A stretch of DNA of 64,000 nucleotides. Source: Chitinophagaceae bacterium (GTDB lineage Bacteria; Bacteroidota; Bacteroidia; Chitinophagales; Chitinophagaceae). The position numbers and the translations under genes were made by a program. Positions 63,302 through 64,000 of the stretch are shown here, piece after piece (the first letter of the stretch is position 1; each line of letters begins with the position of its first letter). The DNA lies in contig JADKAZ010000006.1 of NCBI GenBank assembly GCA_016719015.1, forward strand, positions 101,835-165,834, read 5' to 3'. The notes under the pieces are model-generated. The model was not told the origin of the DNA. It made no database searches and saw nothing but the letters and a program-made list of their open reading frames with translations.

Positions 63302-64000
63302 TATTTAATTTTTTTAATGTGTTTAGCTTCTTCTGCTGTAGCAGGTGCCAAACTTACAGCAGTTCCGCCGCCGGGAGCCAATTTTAATTTCAGCATCGTT
63401 TTACTATCCACCAGAAATTTTTCAATCACATAGGCTTCAGGATTATTTTTCCAGTCTGCATTGTCTGCATCTCTGTAAATGGTGGCAACATATTTTTTAT
63501 CCGTAGCTAAAAAAGATAAAGAAGTAGTAAAGTTCCTCGGTTGTTCATCTGTCATTGCTCCTAAAAACCAGGTCTCCTTCCCTTTTGCTTTCCGGGCAGT
63601 AATGACATAATCGCCGGGTTCTGCTTCCAGTATTTTAGTATCATCCCAATCTACTGCTACATCTTTTATGAATTGGAAAGCATCCATTTTTGCTTCATAA
63701 TTCTCGGGCAAGTCAGCGGCCATTTGCAAAGGACTGTACATGGTAACATATAAAGCCAGCTGTTTACATAAAGTGGTGTGTACCTGTTCTTTTTTCGTGG
63801 AGTCAAACTGATTCAGCTTTATCCTGAACAAACCGGGTGTATAATCCATCGGTCCGCCCATCAGTCTTGTAAAGCCAAAATTGTTTCATGCTCCGGTGGA
63901 TTGCCTTCACTCCACGCATTAAATTCATTGCCTCTTGCTGCTTCACAGGCAAGAAAATTAGGATAGGTTCTGTGCAAGCCAGTAGGTCGAACCGGTTCAT
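63301..64000 (-). CDS. GH97 glycoside hydrolase, C-terminal part; runs off the window; frameshift near 63872
   Basis: HEPVRPTGLHRTYPN...ARGNEFNAW...TRLMGGPMDYTPG, QMAADL. Confidence 0.9.

Overview
Chromosomal window from an AT-rich Bacteroidota genome, most likely Chitinophagaceae (TAnnTTTG promoters, split MetH, family-typical genes). No prophage, IS, integrase or CRISPR array is evident. The main result is a ~13 kb uncharacterised signalling-like module (1947-15242). It holds a GAF protein whose C-terminus appears to be a cryptic class III nucleotidyl cyclase, and two divergent paralogous Omp85-barrel proteins with an atypical kinase-like domain (one also has a purple-acid-phosphatase domain). 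It also holds a membrane class III cyclase with non-canonical specificity residues, a PAP2 phosphatase, an SdiA-regulated lipoprotein and an HD-domain/PycTM(DUF5706) fusion. Other notable items are a SAM-II-type pseudoknot riboswitch upstream of metH, an unannotated translationally coupled 32-aa ORF inside the split metH, and a sigma54/CHASE3 stress cluster with repeated non-canonical -24/-12 boxes. The rest is housekeeping or accessory: nth, OFOR alpha, katG, M16 protease, RND efflux operon, serC, acyl-CoA ligase, ECF operon, tRNA-Arg, GH20, UvrD-nuclease, recR, GH97. At least 11 genes are broken by 1-bp indels in homopolymers, most likely long-read consensus errors.
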